From: an archaeon
GTDB lineage: Archaea > Nanobdellota > Nanobdellia > Woesearchaeales > GW2011-AR15
Assembly: GCA_043801855.1 (NCBI GenBank)
Contig: JAZDLQ010000019.1
Location: 384 to 64,383 of the forward strand
Direction of reading: 5' to 3'
Length of the DNA: 64,000 bases
A model generated the notes under the pieces. That model saw only the letters and a program-made list of their open reading frames with translations, was not told the DNA's origin and did not search any database. Shown here one piece after another: positions 19,549 through 27,404 of the stretch. Every line of letters starts with the position of its first letter. Within the stretch, counting starts at the first letter, position 1. The position numbers and the translations under genes were made by a program.

Positions 19549-19677
19549 ATGTCATGGCAATGTAAAGCATGCGGAAATTGGAATTCAGACTATCTGAGCG
19601 AGTGCAATAATTGCGGAAAAGACTCGTATCAGAACACTAAAAAACGTAAATATGAAGAGATTGGGTGGTTTGGGTGA
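19549..19677 (+). CDS. 42-aa RanBP2-type zinc-finger micro-protein (candidate)
   Basis: MSWQCKACGNWNSDYLSECNNCGK fits W-x-C-x2-C-x3-N-x6-C-x2-C exactly. Below the ORF-track length cutoff. Overlaps the start of the next ORF by 26 nt. Confidence 0.35.
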   Translation: MSWQCKACGNWNSDYLSECNNCGKDSYQNTKKRKYEEIGWFG

Positions 19678-20893
19678 AAATTTGAACTCAGCAAATAAAT
19701 TTCTTAAGAATTTAAAACAGCTTTTCAACCAGACTGTTGCAGAACAAAGGCATACTCTTGCTATACTTGAGATAACTAAAGGTGAAAAAGCTAGAAAGGA
19801 GATTGAGTTTGAGCTTAATATGTTGAAGCGCAATTCTGAATATAAAAAAGAGGCTGAGAATTATTTTGGGATAGCTGATAATATTGATAATATGCCCAAT
19901 GGCTTTGACACATTTCCTGCAATTAAAAAAAATATTTTTAGGCTAATTAATAACAAAATTAGAAAAAAAAGAGCTTCTAAGTTATTTAATATTGACGATA
20001 ATGAAAAAAAAATAGAAAAGCTTTTGTTATATAGAATTCAGCATGAGAAAGGTAGGTATTCAGCGCATTTAATTCCAAATGATGGCAGCATTACAGGATT
20101 AACAGCAGAAATAAGTATGGAAGTAGACAGGTTATTTAACATTTTCAATAATATGACTAGCCATCACTCAAATAATCCGACAAGCCTTTCTTATGGAATG
20201 AGTTATGAAGAAAAAGAAATGCTTAAAAGAATAAAGGATGGGTTCTTTGATAAAAAGATATCAGCAGTGAAAAAACAGGAAAAAAAAATAAAAAGAAAAA
20301 AGCAGACAGTCAAAGCAAAAATAAGTGAACTTACAAAGGAAGATGAAACAAATATTGCAAAAGAAAAGTCAAAAGAATTATGGTATAGAAAAGAAAAGTT
20401 AGATGAAAAAACAATTGCTGTACTAAAAAAAATTGGCTATCAGGAATCAGACATTAACCATCTTGTCTATGATTTTTCCGGTAAAAGAGTATCTTGTTTG
20501 GGCTTTAAGCCAGGTGGATTTAAACATAACAAATACAGGGCAGACAGAAGAGAATCTTTGCACCATTTCTCAAGGCCATATTTACTTAAAGAAATTTCTC
20601 CAAGCACAAAGATACTTGAAAGAATAGGAAACGAAAGAACAGTTGATGCGGTCATGACTGTAATTGTAAATGGTGCAGAAGAAAAGGCAGCAATAGAATT
20701 TCAGGAAAGCCACAGTCTTGGCGCTGACAGGATAGCTGAAAAATTACAGCCAATTCTTGAAAAATATGATTATATAATTATTGTGTGCCAGGATAAATTT
20801 AAACATGTCTATGAAAAAAACCAGCATGAAAAATTGTTTGTTGTAAATAACGGCGAGTTTAATGCGCTATTAAAAAAGTTCAATATTTTATGA
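19652..20893 (+). CDS. Hypothetical 413-aa protein, Lys-rich, with a possible nuclease-like C-terminal domain
   Basis: Last gene of the T4SS-like operon. The C-terminal part VDAVMTVIVNGAEEKAAIEFQ...IIIVCQD weakly resembles a PD-(D/E)XK-like core. No family recognised. Confidence 0.4.
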   Translation: MKRLGGLGENLNSANKFLKNLKQLFNQTVAEQRHTLAILEITKGEKARKEIEFELNMLKRNSEYKKEAENYFGIADNIDNMPNGFDTFPAIKKNIFRLINNKIRKKRASKLFNIDDNEKKIEKLLLYRIQHEKGRYSAHLIPNDGSITGLTAEISMEVDRLFNIFNNMTSHHSNNPTSLSYGMSYEEKEMLKRIKDGFFDKKISAVKKQEKKIKRKKQTVKAKISELTKEDETNIAKEKSKELWYRKEKLDEKTIAVLKKIGYQESDINHLVYDFSGKRVSCLGFKPGGFKHNKYRADRRESLHHFSRPYLLKEISPSTKILERIGNERTVDAVMTVIVNGAEEKAAIEFQESHSLGADRIAEKLQPILEKYDYIIIVCQDKFKHVYEKNQHEKLFVVNNGEFNALLKKFNIL

Positions 20894-20899
20894 AATTAA

Positions 20900-20932
20900 G
20901 ATATATTTAGCCTTATTTTGCCTAAATATATC
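20900..20932 (+). terminator. Perfect 11-bp inverted repeat (GATATATTTAG / CTAAATATATC) with an 11-nt loop, just after the operon's last stop
   Basis: Arms at 20900-20910 and 20922-20932, read directly. Could be a terminator hairpin or a protein-binding or origin site. Confidence 0.35.
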
Positions 20933-21033
20933 AAATTACGCTTAAAACAATGAAATTAAAGTATAATTTTACTAATGAAAGTAAACATAAGTAAAAATTA
21001 CTTAGGATAAGTTATACTTTATTATATAATAAA

Positions 21034-22461
21034 ATGACAAAAATAGCAAGTGGAGTATGGCAGCGCCTTAGAAAAGCCGGCATTATTGATACATATGAAA
21101 AGATAAAACGAGATATTCAAATTAAAAAAGCAGGGCCTTACAAGCTCATGTCAATAAGCGGAATTGGTGTCAGGGTATGCCACGCATTATTAAAAAACGC
21201 AGGCTGGGACATGCCTTTAAATGAGCTTGATAAAATATATGCAAAACTAAACGAGCGGACTAAGTTTGAATTTTTAAAAAAAGAGCAGAAAAAAAACCAA
21301 ATAAAAGTTTCAGTAAAGGAAGACGCAAGAACATTCATCCCTGAAGATATTAAGGCATTTCTAGAATTTTTAAATCACAAAAACCAGATAAAGTATCAGG
21401 TGTTTTTAGCAGACAATGGTAAAGAAAGAACTGGCTCAGGAAGAAACACCTATACAAAAAATATTGCTGAATTTATTTCACTTGCACAAATTGACAATGG
21501 AAAAGGAATAATCTGCGTTGCAATTGGCGAACACGGAAATAAAAATACTGAAGACATTACAAACATTAAAAAGCTTCTTGCACTAGTTTTTGATATTGAT
21601 GTGAAGCCCAAAAGAAAAATAGGTTATGTTTCAACAAATAAAGACCACCTATATGCAATGTCAATTGCATATAATACAATAAAAGAAGAACTTGAAAAAA
21701 TAGGCTTTTCAGTTGGGCTTATTAATGACTCTGGCAATGGCGCACATGTCTTTGTTAAAGTAAATATTACAATACCTGAAGGAACCTGCAAGGAAAACTT
21801 AAGGGAACAGGAATTTTACAGAAAAATAGTATACTTGGAAAAAAAGTTACAGGAAAAAATAATGGATGATCCTGTTGTAAGTGTAGACAATATTTCCAAA
21901 GATTGCGTTCGCAGAGTCAAGTGTCCCGGTCAGATTAATAAAAAGAATTTACAGCAAATTGAAGACAGGACATGCAGAATATTATACAAGGCTAAAGACT
22001 ATGCTGAGGAAAAAAACAATTTAGTGTTTTCTAAGCTGCCTGCTTACGCAGGAAAGAAAGTTAGAAAGACAGAACATGCATTAATTGCAGAATTACAACC
22101 GCTTAAAAATCAGGAAGTTAAAAAAATAATTGAAACAAATGAGAAAATCAAAGCATTAATTGACGGAAACATAGTATTTCATGGCAATGCCGATCATCTT
22201 AAATTTGAAAATGGCAAAATTTACTGTAAATCACGGTCAGAAGCAGAAATGTCAGTGGTTACTGAGTTGGTATTGCATGGAATTAAAAATTTTGACCAGA
22301 TAAATGAGGTTATGCAGAGCGCAAAGATAGGGAAATGGCAGCAGGATACAGCAGGAGATTATTGCAGGAGAACGTTTGAAATGGCTATGGAATTTGCAGT
22401 AAAAGCAGAACAGACGGATGTAAAAGTCTTGTTTGAAAAGATAAGTGGGATAAAAAAGTGA
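21034..22461 (+). CDS. Archaeo-eukaryotic primase (AEP) superfamily primase-polymerase
   Basis: Motif I LALVFDIDVK (DxD), motif II NDSGNGAHVFVKV (sGxGxH), motif III VDNISKDCVRRVKCPGQINKK. N-terminal HhH-like SISGIGVRVCHALL. Confidence 0.7.
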   Translation: MTKIASGVWQRLRKAGIIDTYEKIKRDIQIKKAGPYKLMSISGIGVRVCHALLKNAGWDMPLNELDKIYAKLNERTKFEFLKKEQKKNQIKVSVKEDARTFIPEDIKAFLEFLNHKNQIKYQVFLADNGKERTGSGRNTYTKNIAEFISLAQIDNGKGIICVAIGEHGNKNTEDITNIKKLLALVFDIDVKPKRKIGYVSTNKDHLYAMSIAYNTIKEELEKIGFSVGLINDSGNGAHVFVKVNITIPEGTCKENLREQEFYRKIVYLEKKLQEKIMDDPVVSVDNISKDCVRRVKCPGQINKKNLQQIEDRTCRILYKAKDYAEEKNNLVFSKLPAYAGKKVRKTEHALIAELQPLKNQEVKKIIETNEKIKALIDGNIVFHGNADHLKFENGKIYCKSRSEAEMSVVTELVLHGIKNFDQINEVMQSAKIGKWQQDTAGDYCRRTFEMAMEFAVKAEQTDVKVLFEKISGIKK

Positions 22462-22470
22462 AAAGAGAAT

Positions 22471-23163
22471 TTAAAAATCAGGTAAAGAGATTTCTTTTCT
22501 TTTTTTAAGTTTACCTCTGCAAATAAACTCAGTAAATTCCAATCCTAAATCATTGTGTCTATAACGTTCATCAATTTTATAATCCCTTTTTTCAGGAATA
22601 CCGACAGTGTTGGGTTTCCCAGATAATTCTCTTAAAGCATCTTCAATATTTTCAAAATCTCGTGTAAGAAAACCATGATTTGCAAGTTGTAAATCTAATG
22701 TTAATTGCATTTTTTGATTATTTTCATATGGATTTTCTTCTATTTGATCATAATAATATAATAATAAAATTAATTCTTCTACTGACATTATATCCAGTAA
22801 ATTTAAAAAATACATTTTTTTATCAAAAGTAAATTTCTCATTTTTTTCTATAAAATTCATTGCAGCATTGAAAAAATATTTTCTTTTTTCTTCTCTAGTT
22901 TCATAGGCTACCTTGAGAAGAATTTCTCTAGTGTATTGAATAAATTGAGCAGATTTTAATTGATCATCAATTAATTCTAATGCTTCATAACCTGTAACAA
23001 CACTATCCCAAAAGTCTTTATGTATCTCCTGATGATATTCAAAACCTTTAATTAGGACACTTGAGAATCCAGCAATTTTTCCGATAGGATCTCCAAAAAG
23101 TATAGCTATCCAGTCGGGAAGTGATTTAAATATTGTATTACTCAATTCGTGTTTATCTACCAT
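22471..23163 (-). CDS. Hypothetical protein
   Basis: 230-aa ORF with an AGAGGT RBS. Weak resemblance to Abi-alpha-type helical proteins only. No catalytic motif. Confidence 0.4.
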   Translation of the reverse strand: MVDKHELSNTIFKSLPDWIAILFGDPIGKIAGFSSVLIKGFEYHQEIHKDFWDSVVTGYEALELIDDQLKSAQFIQYTREILLKVAYETREEKRKYFFNAAMNFIEKNEKFTFDKKMYFLNLLDIMSVEELILLLYYYDQIEENPYENNQKMQLTLDLQLANHGFLTRDFENIEDALRELSGKPNTVGIPEKRDYKIDERYRHNDLGLEFTEFICRGKLKKRKEISLPDF

Positions 23164-23419
23164 CTTTTACCTCTGATATCATTTTACTTAAATATGTAAT
23201 CTCTTCTTTATAATAAAAATTATTATTTTTTAATGCAAATTTATTAATCCAGCGTTTTACACGGCTAAAGCTTAAAAAAGTGTTTCGCTCTTGAGAAGCG
23301 AACCCACTCATTTTAAATCTTTCCCCGCCAGGAAAAAAATGGCGTGTCGCCTAAACGCCATAATTATCCTTTTTTCTTCCTTTTTGCCCTGTTTGTTTTT
23401 GTGAGTCCTATTGCCGCTT

Positions 23420-23452
23420 ATTTCTTTTCGTTTAGGGGTAAAGAAAAGAAAT
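23420..23452. repeat. Perfect 10-bp inverted repeat (ATTTCTTTTC / GAAAAGAAAT) with a 13-nt loop, in an otherwise gene-free 320-nt spacer
   Basis: Arms at 23420-23429 and 23443-23452, flanked by GTGAG...CTCAC. Lies 35 nt upstream of ATG 23487. Confidence 0.3.
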
Positions 23453-23486
23453 CTCACGGCTAGATGAGGTTTTTGAAGGAAAAAAA

Positions 23487-23831
23487 ATGAAACAAACAGT
23501 GGAATATGAGATAAAGAGAGTTGGGCGCACAACAGTTGTGAATAAAGCCAAGGAAGGCAGGTTTCAGGTAACAGTAATGAAGCTTAATATGGCAAAAGTA
23601 CCAACAGAAGATGTAAGGGATTTTGTGCCTGAGATTCAGTTTGGAAAGATAAGGACATGCATTCAGCATAGCGTCTTTAATAAAAAGAAAAATGATTATG
23701 ATAACCAGCAGATTTGGATTGATAGTCCTGCTGAACTTCTCGCATTAAGAGATGCGATAAACAAAATTATTGATGGCTCTTCAAAAGAAGAGCAGGTACT
23801 TTCTGATGTTGAAGGTGACGACGATGAATAA
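23487..23831 (+). CDS. Hypothetical protein with an acidic C-terminal tail
   Basis: 114-aa ORF with an RBS-like GAAGGA upstream. C-terminus DVEGDDDE. Confidence 0.4.
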   Translation: MKQTVEYEIKRVGRTTVVNKAKEGRFQVTVMKLNMAKVPTEDVRDFVPEIQFGKIRTCIQHSVFNKKKNDYDNQQIWIDSPAELLALRDAINKIIDGSSKEEQVLSDVEGDDDE

Positions 23832-24072
23832 AGTTAACAACTGGCTTTGCCACAGGATTGTTGAAAGTATCAAGGAATCCGGAGAAATCTCTTTTGACAC
23901 ATTGGATTTGGAAGACAGTATGGATAGGATTCTAGCTGATTATGGATGGTGCTTAAACCTAAGTAATGATGAGAAGGAACTCATCCAGAAAGATATTTAT
24001 GATCTTGCATTAAGGGCAGAAACAGCGGAAGTCATGAGAAGTATTGAAATTAACAATATATTAATTTATTAA
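23824..24072 (+). CDS. Hypothetical small protein
   Basis: ATG 23824 overlaps the upstream stop. The ORF track opens at 23770. Confidence 0.35.
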   Translation: MNKVNNWLCHRIVESIKESGEISFDTLDLEDSMDRILADYGWCLNLSNDEKELIQKDIYDLALRAETAEVMRSIEINNILIY

Positions 24073-24078
24073 TTTTAT

Positions 24079-24099
24079 TTTTTCATTAATTTAATGAAA
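24079..24099. promoter_or_regulatory. 21-nt palindrome TTTTCATTAA-T-TTAATGAAAA upstream of the TA pair; candidate operator
   Basis: Perfect 10-bp arms read directly. A TATA-like TATATAAATATA follows at about 24109-24120, ahead of ATG 24162. Confidence 0.3.
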
Positions 24100-24161
24100 A
24101 TACAAAAATTATATAAATATAAAGCACTTACACAGGTTAAACTTACATAGAAGGTGGAATT

Positions 24162-24419
24162 ATGGATGATATTGAAATAACAAGTTTATCTGAAAGTGGA
24201 CAAATACATCTTCCTATAGAAATAAGGAAAGGATTTAATGCCAAAGATAAATTTGCAGTTATGAGGATCGGTGATGGCATATTTTTAAAGAAAATGACAA
24301 TGCCTGATCTAAGACAAGATTTTGAAAAATTGATGAAGGAGAGCCAGGACTGGGCAACTGATAAAAAACTCACTTCTAATGATATTGAAGAAGCTGTTAA
24401 AAGATCAAGAAAAAAATGA
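24162..24419 (+). CDS. AbrB/SpoVT-fold antitoxin (VapB-like)
   Basis: SESGQIHLPIEIRKGFNAKDKFAVMRIGDGIFLKK is the swapped-hairpin AbrB signature. Overlaps the PIN gene by 4 nt (ATGA). Confidence 0.65.
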   Translation: MDDIEITSLSESGQIHLPIEIRKGFNAKDKFAVMRIGDGIFLKKMTMPDLRQDFEKLMKESQDWATDKKLTSNDIEEAVKRSRKK

Positions 24420-24826
24420 AGGTTGTTTTAGACACCAATGTTTTTGTTTCCGGTATTTTCTGGAATAATGACTGCTCTAAGATAATATCTTTGTGGAATG
24501 AATCAAAAATTGAGCTAGTTTCTTGTATAGACATGCTAAAAGAATTAAAAAGAGTTTTGCATGATTTTAAGATACAATATCCAAAAGATAAAGAAGAACG
24601 CCTATTTTCAAAATTAGTTACAGATAGTTCTCTTGTACTTAATCTTACTGAGACAAAAAAATATATTGATGCTGATCCAGATGATGATAAATTTGTTCAA
24701 TGTGCAATTTCAGCAAAGGCTGAATTTATTGTATCACAAGACAAGCATTTACTTGGATTAGGCGAAATTGAAGGAATAAAGATTGTTACCCCCAAAGATT
24801 TTTTGGTTCATTATTCAAAACAATGA
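24416..24826 (+). CDS. PIN-domain toxin (VapC-like)
   Basis: MKVVLDTNVFVSG at the N-terminus, then DPDDDKFVQCAISAKAEFIVSQDKHLL. Confidence 0.7.
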   Translation: MKVVLDTNVFVSGIFWNNDCSKIISLWNESKIELVSCIDMLKELKRVLHDFKIQYPKDKEERLFSKLVTDSSLVLNLTETKKYIDADPDDDKFVQCAISAKAEFIVSQDKHLLGLGEIEGIKIVTPKDFLVHYSKQ

Positions 24827-24846
24827 AGTTTCTGACAACAAATTAA

Positions 24847-25017
24847 TTATTCTTCTTTATTTACTTCTTCTTCTGCAATGTCAAGCATTTCCCTGCATTC
24901 TTTTGCAAGAATTTTTCCTTTTCTAAATACTTCCATTGTTTCGTCAAGTCCAAGGTTGCCTTTTTCAAGAGTATCAAGCTGTTCGTTAAGTTCATCATAT
25001 TTTTTTTCAAAGTCCAT
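24847..25017 (-). CDS. xseB: Exodeoxyribonuclease VII small subunit
   Basis: MDFEKKYDELNEQLDTLEKGNLGLDETMEVFRKGKILAKECREML matches the XseB helical pattern. Sits directly downstream of xseA. Confidence 0.7.
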   Translation of the reverse strand: MDFEKKYDELNEQLDTLEKGNLGLDETMEVFRKGKILAKECREMLDIAEEEVNKEE

Positions 25018-25018
25018 A

Positions 25019-26125
25019 TCATAACACCTTACTTTTTGTTTTTCCGTCTTTAAATACTGTGATAATAACATCCTCTTTATTTAATTGTGATGCAGTAATT
25101 GGTAAATTATCTTTTAGAGTTACACTATATCCCCTACCAAAAACTTTGAGAGGGTCAAGGGCAATAAGTTTCTGTTCTGAAGCATTAAGTTTTCCGGATA
25201 TTGTTTCAACAGTATGTTTAGCTTCACGGTTTATGTTAGACTCAACAGCATCAATTTCCTGCATTAAATCCATAATATGATTACTTACAGTATTTTTGAT
25301 TGTTAGAAGAGTATGATTAATATCGCTTAACAGCTCAAGCCTGTCAGGAACAGCAAATTCAGCGGCAGTACTAGGTGTTGGAGCTCTCACATCAGCAACA
25401 AAGTCAGCAATTGTAAAATCAGTTTCATGGCCAACACAGCTTATTATTGGCGTGTCACAAGCGAAAATTTTTCTGGCAACACTTTCTTCATTAAAACACC
25501 ATAAGTCTTCAAGGCTACCGCCGCCTCTTCCCATAATAATTAAATCCGCAGCCATTGCATCAGCTTTTTCAAGGGATTTCATAATACTTTCTGCAGCAGC
25601 AACTCCCTGGACAAGAGTTGGAATTAAAACAAGTTCAACAGGCGGATACCTTCTTTTGATGTTGGTTTTTATGTCATGAAGGACTGCCCCTGTTTCTGAA
25701 GTAATAATAATTATTTTTTTAGGAAATTTTGGAATTGATATTTTATGTGCAGAGTCAAACAATCCTTCATTTTTTAGCTTTTCTTTAAGTTTTAAGAATT
25801 TTTCATGCAAATCGCCTAATCCTTTTAATTTAATGCTTGTTACATTTATCTGATAATTGCCACCTGATTTATAGACCGTAATTGAACCCTTTACAACTAT
25901 TTTTTTACCATGCTCTGGCGTAAACTCAAGATTTCTGCAATTTGCCCTAAACATTACACACTTTATCTGGCTTTCCTCATCTTTAAGCGTGAAATAAATA
26001 TGCCCTGAATTATGGAGAGTACAATTTGATATTTCACCAGACACTTCAATTGATTTAAAATTTCCATCTTCAAGCTTTGATTTTATTAAATCAGTCAATT
26101 GTGATACTGTAATTGGTTCTGGCAT
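25019..26125 (-). CDS. xseA: Exodeoxyribonuclease VII large subunit
   Basis: OB-fold start ITVSQLTDLIKSKLEDG..VSGEISNCTLHNSGHIYFTLKDEESQIKCVMFR, then GRGGGSLEDLWCFNEE and VGHETDFTIADFVADVRAPTPSTAAE. Start taken at ATG 26125; the ORF opens at 26263. Confidence 0.85.
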   Translation of the reverse strand: MPEPITVSQLTDLIKSKLEDGNFKSIEVSGEISNCTLHNSGHIYFTLKDEESQIKCVMFRANCRNLEFTPEHGKKIVVKGSITVYKSGGNYQINVTSIKLKGLGDLHEKFLKLKEKLKNEGLFDSAHKISIPKFPKKIIIITSETGAVLHDIKTNIKRRYPPVELVLIPTLVQGVAAAESIMKSLEKADAMAADLIIMGRGGGSLEDLWCFNEESVARKIFACDTPIISCVGHETDFTIADFVADVRAPTPSTAAEFAVPDRLELLSDINHTLLTIKNTVSNHIMDLMQEIDAVESNINREAKHTVETISGKLNASEQKLIALDPLKVFGRGYSVTLKDNLPITASQLNKEDVIITVFKDGKTKSKVL

Positions 26126-26160
26126 ATAGTATTGAATCTTCTTTAGATACTTAAAATTTC

Positions 26161-26187
26161 GGTTTCTTCCCATTAATGAAAGAAACC
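26161..26187. repeat. Hairpin GGTTTCTT-N11-AAGAAACC followed by TCA; copy 1 of a two-copy palindromic element
   Basis: ggtttcttcccattaATGAAAGAAACCTCA. The 15-mer ATGAAAGAAACCTCA recurs at 31050-31064. Lies between the divergent xseA and 26236 genes. Confidence 0.45.
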
Positions 26188-26235
26188 TCAAGCGATATTG
26201 CAATTGAGGTAAACAAGTATTCTGGAGAAAAAAAC

Positions 26236-26613
26236 ATGGATCAACTATTGATAAACAAGGCATTTATGTCAAAAACAAGCGCTTTGAAACTGCAGTTTAA
26301 CAAAAACGAAAAAAGTATGTATCTGCATGTAGGAAAAAAAGGAAGTGATGAACTGTGGCAGTGGACAAAAGCTAAAATTACTGATGATGAGGCAGGGCAG
26401 ATTCTTGAAGTTCTTGAAGGAAAAAATAAGCAGGTTTCATTTTTTCATGCGTTTAAAGAACAAAAAAAGCAGATCTGGGTAAACCGTGATGATAAAAACA
26501 TTGTTTGGGTAAGAATACAGGAAAATAGAAAACAGCTTGACTGCGGCGAACAAAAAGTCTTTGGAATTTTATTGACCCATGCAATATCAGCATGTTCAAT
26601 ATGTGAGGTGTAA
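26236..26613 (+). CDS. Hypothetical protein
   Basis: GGAGA RBS before ATG 26236; the ORF opens at 26176. First gene of a co-directional run with the HIRAN and PC4-like genes. Confidence 0.4.
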   Translation: MDQLLINKAFMSKTSALKLQFNKNEKSMYLHVGKKGSDELWQWTKAKITDDEAGQILEVLEGKNKQVSFFHAFKEQKKQIWVNRDDKNIVWVRIQENRKQLDCGEQKVFGILLTHAISACSICEV

Positions 26614-26615
26614 AA

Positions 26616-26912
26616 ATGAATGAAATAAACACTAAAATTGCAGGCATATCCCTGCATCAGGACGCAATAAAAAGCGTGAAAGCACTTGATTATCTTGTGT
26701 TAAAAAGAGAGCCTTGCTGTCAGTTTGACATAAATGCTGTAAAGGTATTGACAAAAGAAGGAACAGAACTAGGTTACCTGAAAAAAACCGTTGCATTTGA
26801 CATTGCTCCGATAATTGACGCAGAAGTAACTGTTCTTTGCCAGGTTACTCAGGTTACTGGACTTAGTAATAAGATACAAGGAATTAACATCATTCTAAGA
26901 TATTCAGCATGA
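26616..26912 (+). CDS. HIRAN-domain protein (stand-alone)
   Basis: GISLHQDAIKSVKALDYLVLKREPCCQFDINAVKVLTKEGTELGYLKKTVAFDIAPII fits the HIRAN pattern (L.L.REP.N..D.NA..V....G..LGYL). Confidence 0.55.
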   Translation: MNEINTKIAGISLHQDAIKSVKALDYLVLKREPCCQFDINAVKVLTKEGTELGYLKKTVAFDIAPIIDAEVTVLCQVTQVTGLSNKIQGINIILRYSA

Positions 26913-26939
26913 ATTTTCATTATTTTTTTAAATAAAAAA

Positions 26940-26968
26940 TTCCTGCTTCCTATTATGAGTTGCAGGAA
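26940..26968 (+). terminator. Hairpin TTCCTGC-N15-GCAGGAA after the HIRAN gene
   Basis: 7-bp arms at 26940-26946 and 26962-26968. The 3' arm overlaps the RBS of the next gene. Confidence 0.3.
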
Positions 26969-26982
26969 GGAAGTGAATAAAA

Positions 26983-27294
26983 ATGGCAAACCAACCTGAA
27001 AAAAAATTAAAATGCGGCGGTGTTATTGCAGTAATATGGAAGAATGTTGCAATGTACAAAGGCAAGGAATCAGAGTATTATTCTGTAAGTTTTGAAAGAA
27101 GATACAAAGACAAGGATGGCAAGTGGCAACCAACTTCATCAATGCGCCTTGTTGATCTTCCAGACATAGAACTTCTGTCAAGAAAAATCTCAGAAGAATA
27201 CAAACTGAGTGTTGTTACAGGAAAAAATGGCAGTGACAATGCCAAATCAGCACCTGACAAATATGAAGGAATAGATGAAGAAGAGGTGTTATAA
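26983..27294 (+). CDS. PC4/YdbC-like ssDNA-binding protein candidate with an acidic tail
   Basis: YYSVSFERRYKDKDGKWQPTSSMRLVDLPDIELL resembles the PC4 core (IReyYkdkdGe..P.kkGIsL). C-terminus EGIDEEEVL. Confidence 0.4.
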   Translation: MANQPEKKLKCGGVIAVIWKNVAMYKGKESEYYSVSFERRYKDKDGKWQPTSSMRLVDLPDIELLSRKISEEYKLSVVTGKNGSDNAKSAPDKYEGIDEEEVL

Positions 27295-27305
27295 ATACTA
27301 TTTTT

Positions 27306-27367
27306 TTGCAGCTTGCTAATTCAAATACTCATCTAGCAAAATGCAGGCTGCAATTTTATTTTGTTTT
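27306..27367 (+). terminator. Nested hairpin followed by a T-rich tract
   Basis: TTGCAGC (27306-12) pairs with GCTGCAA (27347-53). Inner TTGCTA (27313-18) pairs with TAGCAA (27334-39). TTTTATTTTGTTTT follows. Confidence 0.4.
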
Positions 27368-27404
27368 AAGGCTGTTTTTTTAAATCTCATAAAAAATTAT
27401 TGAG

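Noticed and set aside
23308-23669. Two minus-strand ORFs (74 and 69 aa) in and around the 23164-23486 spacer
   Set aside because: The translations are low complexity (FFFLQK..., KKEEK...), there is no RBS, and they overlap the better-supported plus-strand gene at 23487. The inverted repeat there is reported as a repeat instead.
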